DNA of 64,000 nucleotides from Tubulanus polymorphus (Eukaryota > Animalia > Nemertea): positions 1,364,001 through 1,428,000 of the forward strand of contig NC_134029.1 of the NCBI RefSeq assembly GCF_964204645.1. Reading direction: 5' to 3'. A program made the position numbers and the translations under genes. Shown one piece after another: positions 14,201 to 26,202 of the stretch (its first letter is position 1; each line of letters starts with the position of its first letter). The notes below the pieces were generated by a model. That model did not search any database and was not told the DNA's origin. It saw only the letters and a program-made list of their open reading frames with translations.

Positions 14201-15336
14201 ATGATGTTTGAGATATTTCTTTTCTTGCGGTTATCAAAACCAGACCGAATTGTTCCGATTCGCGATAGACGATCAGGGAAGGGCTTTGTATTCGGCATTC
14301 TTTTTCTTTAAACGATGATTATTCTTATTCGAGGAATGAAGAATCTCCAGAGGGGTTGATGGTGACTTACGGATCTCTTAAAGCTAGGGAATCCTGATGA
14401 TGGCAGCGAAAGAACAGTTTCTTGGGTTTTGTCTATAACTTAAATGTTCTTATCCGGGGCCCATTTCCAACTTGTCGATTTCCACAAAAAACCGCTACCC
14501 TCAGATTTCGTCGGTTCTATTCAAATCTGTTTATGCTTCGCTGTGGTTCAATTTTACGGGATTTGAACGCGACGAAATGAAAAATGTAAAATTGATTTTC
14601 TGTTTCGGCGCCGCGAACGGATTTTATTTGTGGAGAGATTGAAAGACTCAGTGTTTAAGAAGGCATGAATGAAACTGATCGTACGGTACTGTGTGTACGT
14701 TCTCTCATGCGACGTTTTACGAGTTATTAATTGTCACCTGACCGACGTTAATTTGCATTTAATAATCGCGGATAATAAAAGAATGTCCATTAATAATAAC
14801 TGATATTGTAGAAAAATCCGCCACCGTGAAGCTGATTTTCTTCAGAAACCATAACTAGCAAATCGTGTCCACAGCAGTAAAATCAAACAACATCGAAAGT
14901 ATTTAGGATACCATTCCGCGTACAGGTCAATCATGATCCACTATCTTCAGAATTCTGACTTCCAAATATCCAATTTGCCCTAAACTCAAATTAGGAAAAT
15001 AATTTTCAAATGCAAAGATATGAATCGTATGCCTACACGTATGGCGGGCAAAATTACCTCAAAGACTACTGGATTTTATTCCCGTTCTAAAATATTGATT
15101 TAATTCAGTAGTTTTAATTTTGTATAGAAACATTGAAAAAATGGATCATTTTCTGAGCATGCCTGACTCTGGAACAAAATACCAGAAATGATTCATTTCT
15201 GGTCAGGTTGTGAAGATGTTATGCTGGTGAAAAAAAGGGGACCGAGCCCTTGCCCCCTAAATCTACCTCAGGTTCTGAGTAAGTTGATTGAATATCGTAT
15301 TTGAATTTGACCTTATAGAACACAGAATATATAAGA

Positions 15337-15604
15337 TGAGGAGAGAATCCCACAATGATAATAAAAAGTCCGAAAATGAAACTTCGAGATAGTAGTTTAT
15401 TCAACGTTTCGACTATATCCTAATAGTCATCTTCAGGAATAATGAGATACTACAAAAATTATGAGATATATATACAATCCAGAGACAAAGAGACTAATTC
15501 AAGTAATCAGAGATGATACAAACTAAAGGAAACGGACTTTTTATTATCATTGTGGGATTCTCTCTTCATCGCGTCAACACGGATATAGTGTTCTACCAAT
15601 CGTG
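15337..15604. mobile_element. Penelope-like non-autonomous insertion with inverted terminal segment
   Basis: Contains the intact hammerhead. Its start (gaggagagaatcccacaatgataataaaaagtccg) recurs inverted at about 15533-15567, and it is flanked by the direct repeat ACAGAATATATA. It is nearly identical to parts of 34850-35082. Confidence 0.7.
15397..15442 (-). ncRNA. Minimal type I hammerhead ribozyme (Penelope-like), intact
   Basis: UUAUUC-CUGAAGA-U-GACUAU(UAGGAU)AUAGUC-GAAA-CG-UU-GAAUAA: stem I 6 bp, stem II 6 bp, complete core, palindromic ACGU stem III, GUU cleavage triplet. Confidence 0.85.
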
Positions 15605-15910
15605 AACAGAATATATAGATGAGAGTAATTCAACCTTAAAGCGACAGTATATAATTATCAGGCGGGAATAGATAACAGAGCTGGACTTACTTATTGAAAT
15701 TCAATCTGCACCGTGAAATTCATCATCAAAATGTCGATTTAATGATCGAGGAAATATCTGTCAATTGTCGGCGTCACTTTATTGGAGGAAACATCCTGCG
15801 ACAACAGCTGGTTATTAGATTTTCACAGCATGCGTTTAATTCATTTCAACTCGGAAATGAAAAACTGCCGCAAACTAAATAAATCAACCCTCGCCACCAT
15901 CCGCCATCAC

Positions 15911-17091
15911 TACCAGCAGCTCGATGTGACAAATTACTGAACCGAAAATTACTGACTAACTAAAAACCTTTCCGTTCATATGTAAATTAGACATCGATGC
16001 TTGACCTTGGTTTGTTGGGCTGCGTGTAGATGATCCCTAAAATAACCTACGCTGATCTGTGTAGGCGCACTGGGCCACTTTAGGTTATCGGAGTTAGTCG
16101 ACTATAGTCGAACTAAATGAAACCGAATGTCCGTTAGTCGGAACTATAGTCCGGAAATGGTCGACCACGTAATTGAGCACAGTCGCTACAGTTTTGGACC
16201 TAGGTTCAAGATGGCCGACACTGTGAAATACGTTACGACCGAACTATAGTGTGACGTTCGGTTATTAGTTTCGACCACTAGTCGACTAGCTACGAAAACC
16301 GAAATTGGCCCTGGCTGCCGGATGGGGATCTAATTCATTTTCATACAAAAGGGTTCATATTTATGTGACCGGAAAGTAAGTCACGATTGCGAGTCGATAC
16401 AGGCCGATACGTAGGACGTGTCAACTGTTAGGAAGCACAGTCAACATCGGAGGCTGTGGAGGTGAGACACAGCCTGAACAGCTGATGACAGTGTTTATTG
16501 TCAATATCGATCATAGTTCCCACCAAACTATTCATAAAGTCTATGCCTTATGGACATACCCTTAGAATGATTATCTAATTGGCTTGGCTAAGCTTCAATG
16601 GTTGAATTTTATTATGTTTATAGCTTTTAATCTTGTTTAAAAGAAAACTGATGAGCGAGAAGCAGAATATGTTGTGACTTTTGGTAGCTGCATTGATTAT
16701 GGAAGCAATCGGATGGCACTTTGCAAAAATACTCCTACTCCTAACAACAATCCCAAATTGCTGTGCAACGGATCGGTGATCGAAATGAACTAGCAAATAT
16801 CATTTATCAAAATCAGGGTTTTCAGTATGTTAGAACCCTTTTTGGAAATAAAAAGAAGTCTATGATCAAATCATAGATGGGAAAAATGTCCATTTCAAAA
16901 ATCCTACAAATGTGTTTTCTTTTTGAAATTCTGATTGAGCTCCTGCTGGATATTTTCTAATTTATCACAACAGTCATACCAGCAGCTCAATGCGACGAAT
17001 TACTCAACCGAAAATGACTGACTAACCGAAGACCGTTCCGTACATATGCAAATTAGTAATCGTCAATCGATACTTGACCTTGGTTTGTTGG
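15911..17091. repeat. About 110-bp diverged direct duplication (15911-16018 and 16977-17091)
   Basis: Both copies run taccagcagctc...aaccgaaaat.actgactaac...catatgYaaattag...cttgaccttggtttgttgg. Confidence 0.85.
16073..16310. mobile_element. PIF/Harbinger-type MITE
   Basis: Imperfect TIRs of about 40 bp (GGCCAcTTtaGGTTaTCGgAGtTAGTCGACTA), with a CTG TSD on both sides. Confidence 0.75.
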
Positions 17092-18116
17092 ACTGGATCA
17101 AATATGGCTTGAAATGATGTATTAAACTATACAGATGTCACCTCCGTCGCGAATATTGGTTTCACTCGAAGCGCAATAAGTTCACTGTTGACGATTAGTT
17201 ATTGTCAAATCAAATTAATCAAAAGGAAAGAGAAAATTAATCATCTACGAATTATAAGATTAATCAAACCGCATTGAACCGAACTTCGGTACTAATCTCA
17301 ACACGAATAGAAATCATTCAAAATTCTGAATATATTGAAAATCGAACCAGAAAAAATTCTTAATACTTTAATGCAGCGAATCCTCGAAGAATTCTGGAAC
17401 CAGTTCGATAGTCGTAACGAGTCCTGAGTCGCGATATGAAACAAATAACAAACTCAACTCAGGTGAAATATACGAAATATACCAAACATGAAAAGATGAA
17501 TTGAAAATTCATACGAATTTAATGTATACACGTTTGTATGCGAGTCAGGTTTAAGAGTTAAATAGTTGGATGATGTTAGTGATATTTTTCTACAAATGAA
17601 GCGACAGCTGCCGTTAGAGGTTTGGAGAGAGAGAGAAGAGAAGAGAAGGGAGAGAGTAAAGAGGACAGGTGCACCTACTCTATAATAAGCCAGATCGATC
17701 CTTTCATAATACACACTACATACACATACACACATATTATATATATATATATATATATATACTAACTAGACTTTCCCTATTACTTCAATATTTCATATAT
17801 ATAAATTTTTCATCTCAAACATTTCAATATTTGAATGTATCTTGTCTAATTCAATTACTGAAAATTCTATATCGCGAAATTTAGCTGTAGTATACCAACC
17901 ACATTTGGCCGGAATAGTTTTGTAATATGGTATCATCTACAAATACGTGGTTTTTGAATAGCGCTCATTTGTTTGTTTTATCGGTTTTTTGCTTCTTTTT
18001 TTAATTTGAAGCCGGTGCCAGCGTTATGCAGTTTTTCAGTTTTGCTGGGACTCTCTAAAGTAGGTGCCTTGTATAATATGTTAATTATTCCATGCAAATA
18101 ACGATAAAATCAAAAG

Positions 18117-18216
18117 ACCCGGCGTTTCGATCTCTCTCCCTCCCTCCCTCCCTCCCTCCCTCCCTACCTCCCTACCTCCCTACCTCCCTACCTCTCTCTC
18201 GACCTTCGTCAGGTGC
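18117..18216 (-). ncRNA. Degenerate hammerhead motif with a purine microsatellite in loop II
   Basis: CUGACGA-A-GGUC-[about 68 nt of GA/GGGA/GGUA repeats]-GAUC-GAAA-CG-CC. Stem II pairs 4/4, and the cleavage triplet is mutated to GCC. Confidence 0.55.
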
Positions 18217-19661
18217 GAGCTATTCTACGATTATTGTATTGTATCGGAAAAGAAAAATACATTTTGACTTAAGCCTATAGTGTGAATATTGTCCCCTCTT
18301 CGAAGAAATAAAGATCTACAACGCATAATTTCGTGACTCATCGAAATCGTCTGATTAATGCAAATTGATCAAGAATCGCGCGTTTTCGAAATCAATGGAT
18401 ATTTTCAAATGCAAATTGAAAATATGCGTTCGGTTTCGATATCATTCAAAACCAATATAGAATTCCACATTAATTCTAAACTAGGAGACAGTTTTAGACT
18501 CGATCCTCAGTATAGTTCTATACACAAACACTATGAATTCTACATGAGTTTATTCCACACAACTATCCGGAATTTCCTTTCGATGAATTTTCGATGTATC
18601 GCTTTGTCTTGTTGTTGTGTTTCGTCACGTTGTTGATTTCTATTGATTACACCGTATGAATCGATACACCTATAGGAACAGATGCTTTTATTCAGAAATA
18701 AAATCAGTTAGAATCATTTCTTCAGAAGCCACCTCCATTTTGTGGTCATCGGTATATGAAGGCATGAACGGTATCTTAATGAGCGGTGCTATTTACAATT
18801 ACTTCAGTCATATATGAACAATACTTATGTTGGTAAAATGTATCCCGGTCAAGGGGGACCTAGGGTGAAAATGTGAACAGAAAGAAAGGGATACGTTCGA
18901 AACGGTCGCACTGGATACGAACACGAGATGGGACAAGGAGAATGAATGAAATCTGTGCGTAATGCTTAATGCTTCTAACAAGCATTCGTTCTTTCTGTTG
19001 TATTGGGCCGACCTTCATTTCTTATGACAATTTGTTACAATTTCTCTTGAAAAGTCTCAATATGCTACGATCGAAGATGAAACGCGGATAAAAGAATGAA
19101 GGTAAGATTTCTACCGATGGAACTGGAGATATCCGAGTTCAACCTAATTGAGATGAAAGGAAGGCTGGCATAATACAATCATTTCTGGCTAATCAATGCG
19201 CGCTGATCAAACAAATATAGATAGATCAATATACTAGGGGCAAAATGCTAATTGCTTATACGCATATCAGTCCAGTGATATGAATGATCAGTAACAGCTC
19301 TCACTGTTTCTTAGTAAAATAATACATATTGTCCTATCTACAGGTTTATACCGTCGTGTACATTTATTTCCTGAAAAATATTCGCCAGAATAAGAGTAAT
19401 ATGAATATATTCCGATCATTGAATTTCATCTTAAACCACTGAGCAGCCTTCTTTGAGAAAACTGCTTAAATTGTGGACTCTCGGCCGTTTAAATAATGGC
19501 GAATTAAACGAGTCGGAATTTAAAACGAATGATGAATATTCTGATAAATGTATCAGCGAATTTAAACAATGAATCTACATCGAATTGAGCGCTCGAACAA
19601 CTTCCCATAGACAAGTGACTTGAAGAAAGACCTAGAATTACGAAGAAGAACGAGAAGAGTC

Positions 19662-19743
19662 GTGACGTTTCGACTCAGTGCTATATGAGCCATTTTCAAA
19701 TCATTTTTGAAAATAGCTCGGATGATTTGAGTCTAAACGTCAC
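19662..19743. ncRNA. Back-to-back pair of variant hammerhead motifs (UUGAAAA core)
   Basis: Minus: UUGAAAA-U-GGCUCA(UAUAGCAC)UGAGUC-GAAA-CGUC. Plus: UUGAAAA-U-AGCUCG...UGAGUC-UAAA-CGUC (decayed). A related decayed copy lies at about 58458-58490. Confidence 0.55.
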
Positions 19744-20183
19744 TTTACTCCCCAGCTATTCTTTATAATCGTGGATTCTTCCTTCAGCGACACAGAGCGC
19801 GGATACGGATGGTTGACTCGGAGAATTCGACAAAATCGAGAAGAATTAACAATTAGTGATGGGCTTCTTTTACATGTGAAGATTGGAAAAATGTATTCAA
19901 AACGTGTTCAAACAAAACGTTTTGACGAGAAGAACAGTTTACATTATAACTATACAGTAAATTTACATTTGACAAGGTGTTTTTACTGTTAACAGCTCCA
20001 TTAGTAAATATACCGCGCTGTGCTATCGTATTAATATCGAAAAAAATACATAATGATTACAGTACAAACTTTTCGCGTCGCGGATCAGCAATAAATTATC
20101 ATATCATGGACGCTAAATAAATTATGCAAGAAATCGCATATATTAAATCGTACAGACTGACATAAAGTATCGTATATACTTAC

Positions 20184-20410
20184 AGTTACGATAGAGCTTG
20201 GGTGTTAAAACTTTTCGTCGAGTTTATCCGAATATTTCGCGCTGCATATTGAGCTCATCTAGTTCTAACTAATCCTCGAGCGTCGCTTGTGAAATCAGTT
20301 TTAGATTCGTTAACGGATAATTTATAAATCTAGAGACAAGAATGTGTAAGTTGCGTCCGACTGTGGTGTGTTATCACTGGCCCGAGATGACGTGTGGCGG
20401 GATCTATAAT
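20184..20410 (-). promoter_or_regulatory. Candidate core promoter and non-coding first exon (about 20378-20184) of the second gene
   Basis: TATAGA begins 30 nt upstream of an Inr-like CCA(+1)GT at 20378. A GA-rich tract lies just upstream (about 20450-20495), and there is a donor ACT|GTAAGT at 20184/20183. Confidence 0.35.
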
Positions 20411-23400
20411 TTCCAGCGTGCGCATGTGTGTGTGTTCTCTTCTAACTCGAGTCTCTCCCGCTCTCTCCCTCTCGCTCTCTCTCTCTCTCCTCTCATCAAC
20501 TCTCACCGACGTATATAGATTTTCCTACCATGTAATCGACCCGAATTGTGTTTGCCACAATTCTATAAGCGACGACAACATGAAATGACGAGGTGTGCGG
20601 TGATAATTGAGAGAAACCGGCGATTCTGAACTCATCGCGGTTAAAATTACACGTTATTTCATGTCTCTTATCAATGATCTATATTTCACAGATGAATATA
20701 ATACATTGTTTCGACGCGAATTGAACATGTAATACGTGTATGATTGTTTGTTAATCGGGTAAATGTTTTGTATATGATATTTCTATACATCATTGAAAAC
20801 AAGGGCCATGGTAAAGTTGCACTACCGTGACTCAAATCCATCATTAATCTGAAGACTGGTCTCAAGTTGTTGGTTTGACTATAACTAAATTGACTATTTG
20901 ACCGATCGAAGCCACGACTGTGCAAATAGATTGATCCGTCCACTTATGTCTTATTAGAATATCATAAAATAGAATTTTAAGTAATAATAGAACTGGATCC
21001 ATATACGTAGCTTGTAAGATACATTACGATTCTACATACCTTTATCCTAACGAAAAGATCGTAATTTCATCCGCGTCATCAGAAGCTACTCCATTAAATG
21101 CTAAACGTCGAAAAGCTTTTTAGAATATCCTGTGACGAGGAAATCAGCACTTAAACTTATTTCATCAGAAGATTATCACTACGTTAATTATATATCCATT
21201 AGTTTTAAATGATGCCGTATCGAACCGGGACGATTTTCCATCACTGTTAAAAACGCGGATAGGAGAATATTAATACCGTGAGAATGATCCAGAGCTATAT
21301 TTAAAACACGTATAATACGCGTCCAGATATCTGTTCGTTATTTACAGTGATTTCACCAGCAGTAATAGTACTGTCACATAAAGCCCTTTGATTCAATTGT
21401 CCGCATTTATTTGACCAGCGAAATGTGCATGACTGAGTGTTAAACAATAGTCGAATTATGTTCGCAGTTTTACCGTGAATAAAAGTTAAACAAGTCCACG
21501 ACAGCGCCTAATGGTCGGTGATACCCCGGTAAAGGCCGTTTGTAGATTTGTCCAAGTCGAAGACGAAGCAGAAACTACAAATGAAAACTGAACGCCACGA
21601 AAATAGCGCACAGAACTCGTCGAAGGGTTTTATAGTTTATACAATACGTGGGGCATTTTTGTTAAATCTATTATTCAAACGCACCTCTAGTCGTCTATGG
21701 ATTGATTTGTGAAATTAATTATTCAAAACCGTTAGCGGTGCGACACGAATTAGATTCGGAATTAAAAACGAACAAAAAGTCTATAGTTCGCCATGGGAAT
21801 TTGCGAGTGCCAGCGCTGCCAGTTGTGAACCAACCCGCGCAATGATTTACAGTGAGAAATATAAAGAACTAATGTGCACTTGATTATAGCGTGTGTAATG
21901 TGCCTAAATACGGTGTTTCATGAAGGAAATAAACGTTGAATAAATCAATTAAACTTTTCGTCGCTATTTTCTATGGATTGAAGATATGTTCCTCAAGTGG
22001 AAATACGATGAGAGATTCGAGCGCAAACTATACCACGTGATGAATACTGCCAGTCATTTCAAGATTCGACGAAATTCATAGTTTTTAGATGCATCTAACG
22101 TAAAGTATATGAATCTAATGGGTGGGATATTGCTTAGATTATCAGAAGCTAGGGAAATCATAACGACACGATTTCTAACTACATGTACTGCCTACTGCGC
22201 CTTATTACGAATATTGTACGGACTTCAAAGATATTGCCTTGAAGAAATGAAGGATCTTATTTTCTGTTTCTTTTTATCACTTAATTTGAAATAATCAACA
22301 CAATGTATAACTCATATAATAGAAGAAGTTGGTATATACATGTTTACCCGCAAACTGGTCCCAGTTCCACAGTTGCGAGTAAGAGTTAAAATCACTTCTT
22401 TTTGAGAGTCACAGTTTCAACTACACACGGGCTGATGAGTGTTTCATCAATAGTTATCATCAATTCTATATTTTCTATGTTTCTATGTTTCTATGTTGTT
22501 AATGTTAATATGATAGATCGATGTTTTAGTTTGCAGTAAGAAGTCTGAATTCTGGGTTGAATCTTTCAGCTGCTGTAGTTTCCAGTTTTAGTTCAGCTAT
22601 TCACTGAATAGATGGCGCAGGATAAAATACCGCTCCCTTTCGCGCATGGAAATCAAGAAATCTAATTCGAAATACAGAAATTCAAAATTTGGGAAACGAA
22701 ATGAAAAATATGCAGTTGATTAAAAGCACGCGGGCTGATGTATCTATAATGACTCAATTCATTCAGGAAAATTTGATTACGGTTAAAGCAGCGAAATTGC
22801 ATGAAAATGTACCTAAAATTTCAATTTGCTGACCCCCTGCAAGCGCACTGCACCTTCGGTACTTGCCAGGACGCCCGCCACGACTGAAAGTGCCCTTTCT
22901 TTCTTCAAACCTGGATCCGCCCCTGTCTAGAATTTTACACATTTTGTCATTCATAATACATGTATATATCTTCTATAGTAGTTTTCTCCTTACTTCAGAT
23001 AATTACGTGTCCCGGACAAAATGTTAAAGATTTCCCTATTCCAATTCCCTTGATGAGGTCTCGATCCCCTCTCCAACAGTCCCCGAATCCGCGCACGTAT
23101 CTCGAAAATAATTCTAATTAGCACCGATTATTGGTGCCGCAGGATCCTATGTATATTTCAAATAAACCCTATAAAATCTAAGACTATTATAATTCACAAA
23201 TGGTAGAAAATACATCTGTGTCATTTTCAAAGTGATCATTTATGAAATGGTTTCAGGTCATCGTCGTCGCCAAAGGAAACCGTCGCGTGTGATACGAATA
23301 GCAGTTTTTTATCGTCCAAAATTCATACGATGTTTAAGATGAGAATTCACAGATGATCGAGTCACGATGGATCAGAGTCGAGTATTTTTTTCGCGGTATA

Positions 23401-24528
23401 GTTTCGGGCAGCGCAGATGCGCAGCGTCAACGATTGACTCGATTATTCTATCAGCGCGACTCGCACCGGTAACAAATCAGTGTTAACAGTTGGCCACAGG
23501 ACTGAACAGCAGACTGTTGACGTGGTATAGGTTTGTGATCAATGATGATAGCAGCCAGCGCGGAAACGGGCAAGCAACCGAGAACGATTGCTAAATTCCG
23601 CTTCATTTGCTATCGCTGTCGTCGCCCAGTCGATTATTCAAGTTGCGACTGATGTGGTCGTGTACCGAGATGATAAACTGGAATATCGAAGGACACGCCA
23701 AAGAAAATGCGATGTTTTTGTGACAGCGCTCAAGAGCAGCACTCTATCCTACATATTTAAAAACATTTTCGAAAAATATAGATTTATTTGACTCGTGATT
23801 TTGTATTTGAGAAAATTATTCGAAAGCAAATCGACTCGTCACAGGAGGATTCCTTCAGAAACTGGTGGACGCGTTGTATCGCAACGTCGTATTTTGCGGC
23901 GCTGTGCTGAAATAAAGATGGACGCCGGGCAAAAGAGATAATTTATCATCAGCACCGGCTCGTCACTTGCATCGTCGAGGTGCGTCGCAGCTTTATTGAA
24001 CTAAATCATGAAATATTCACGGTTTTGACGCTGAATAAACATGGCACGTTGTTTTTAACTGTTTATATCGAGTGGGGTATTCTCTACCGCCGGGCGAGCG
24101 AGACAGAGACTGGAAATTAATTCCGTTGTATAGTGATTAATTTCTCACTTTTCACGCTTCACAATAAACTCAATTAAATCGCCTTTCATCGTTTCAAATT
24201 GTTCCGACATATTTGTTTTGTTATTCGTCGACTTATTATATCAAAATGTGCCTCGAAGCGCGATATGTTTACGAATAAAGGCCCAGTAAATAGATACATA
24301 AAAACCGGAAGAAAACCGGAATGTTGCGCCTTGTTTTAGAATAGTTACCAGAGCATGTATATGGTTCATTTTGATGGAAAGGAAACACATACGCATCAGG
24401 GTTATCGTGCAGATAGTACGGCCGTCATACGATGCATTGTTGATCTTTCATGATTTCTTCTTACAGCCAACTCTTGTGCCATTTTTCAAAATTGATTAAT
24501 CTGTAACCTATACAACGATATTACTCTG

Positions 24529-24635
24529 GACCCAGTTTCACAAAGAGGATTAAGGCCTAAATCGATTTAAGATAAACTGAATTAATGAAGAAATTAAATC
24601 GATTTAAGAGTTAAACCTTTTTGTGAAACTGGGCC
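24529..24635. mobile_element. PIF/Harbinger-type MITE
   Basis: TIR GRCCCAGTTTCACAAA; CTG TSD at 24526-24528 and 24636-24638. Confidence 0.75.
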
Positions 24636-25884
24636 CTGAATAGGCTGCTGTGTAAGATTGTATCTGGAATTGAGAATAAATTGAGAATATATTTTTGTGC
24701 TTTTTTGTTCGAAAATTGCCGTTGTCCGCTGGTTCGGTCGGAAGTCATCCGTGGATCCGAGATGGGCAAACAGTGAAAGCCCCTGTTGGAGAGAGAGAGA
24801 GTTCCTCTCGAATTTGGCACTGTTACGGTAGAAATAACCACACGAAGACTTCTAACTGACGACGTTCTTTACATTCAAATTCATTCGAAACCAACTATAA
24901 AACTGGCCACGTCACGTGCGGGTCTCATTTATATACCAATTGGTCAGGTGACCGAGTCCCGCGAGTGACGTGAGCCTTTCATACAATAAACATAGCATAA
25001 TACATGTATAGCAGAATCAGCGATCGTATCATATATCATAACAGGCTCGAACGAAATTTTCTCAATTCTGCCCATCACAATTCATGTAGGGCCGGACAAA
25101 AACCAATTTTCAATTTCCTATGGATACTTGTTTTACGATCTGATGCCACGATCCGATGACTGAAAAAATTGCGCTCTCGAAATTTTCCGCAGCATCGGGA
25201 CCGATATTAGTGTGTGAAGTAAATGTGGCAATGTTTCGCCTCGGGTGGTATATCTTAGTTTGAATATTTTATTGGAAACTTTTCAACGACCGAGCGAACG
25301 AACGACGAGCAATTTAAAACAGCATCGATTTTATTTTATTATTAACAGTCGCGCCATGGTACGACGGCCTGACTCAACCGAGTATTCATTTATCATCAAA
25401 ATTCGCGGAGCAACGACCTTCGCACGTCGCGCATCGGGATTTTACTATTTATCGAATTAACCCGTCGAATTACGATCAGATTTATGCTTTAAATGGTTTA
25501 ATATGGCCAGTCAATATTGAATAGGATTATTCGTATGACGTCATGACCCGAAACAACCCTTATGACATGAAACGCGCGTTACCTTTTTATCAGACGTATA
25601 GTTCACACTTTGCCCGCTAGAGAGCACTCGTGTAATTTGTTGCGGGCATTTTTCAAATCTGATTTGTTGTTAATCAAATCGTCAGAGGATTCAGAGGACA
25701 ATTTTGAAGGAATATTCACATCCTAAAAGCGGTATATGAGATGTACTCAAAAGCAATTGTGTATTCGCTCACCATGAAATTTTGGTTTGGTGACATGAGC
25801 CGTAAAATTGTTTATGGACTTTTACAAGTCTCACAAGTACCCCAGGATCTGCCCTGGTCATAGATGAGCATAATTAATAATCTT

Positions 25885-26202
25885 TCTTTTTCAAAGAAAT
25901 TGAAACAATTTATAACATGATATCCATACATAAATATAAATAAGTATAAAATGTGCCAATATCAAATGAAGGAACCCAGTGAAGCAAATGCTTGTAGATC
26001 TGGGCACCCACTCTACACACAATCATTCTTCACAAGCATGCAGACATTCACAGATTCACACACAACATACCAGTACAGTAAACATGGCTCAGATAAATGA
26101 TTGTTTGAAATTCAGTATTTTAAGAGTTCATTGCTTTTAAATGATTGTTCGAGGGAATTTAGTGATTTTTTTGATTTAAGGTTGTTATTGGAGTTTTGCC
26201 AC
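25885..26202 (-). mobile_element. Probable decayed 3' end of a CR1/L2-like LINE
   Basis: On the minus strand, a W-x-N...K..SL...FK-like remnant is followed by a 3'UTR-like stretch with a cccagatctacaagc/gcttcactggg hairpin. Recognised from recall only. Confidence 0.3.
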
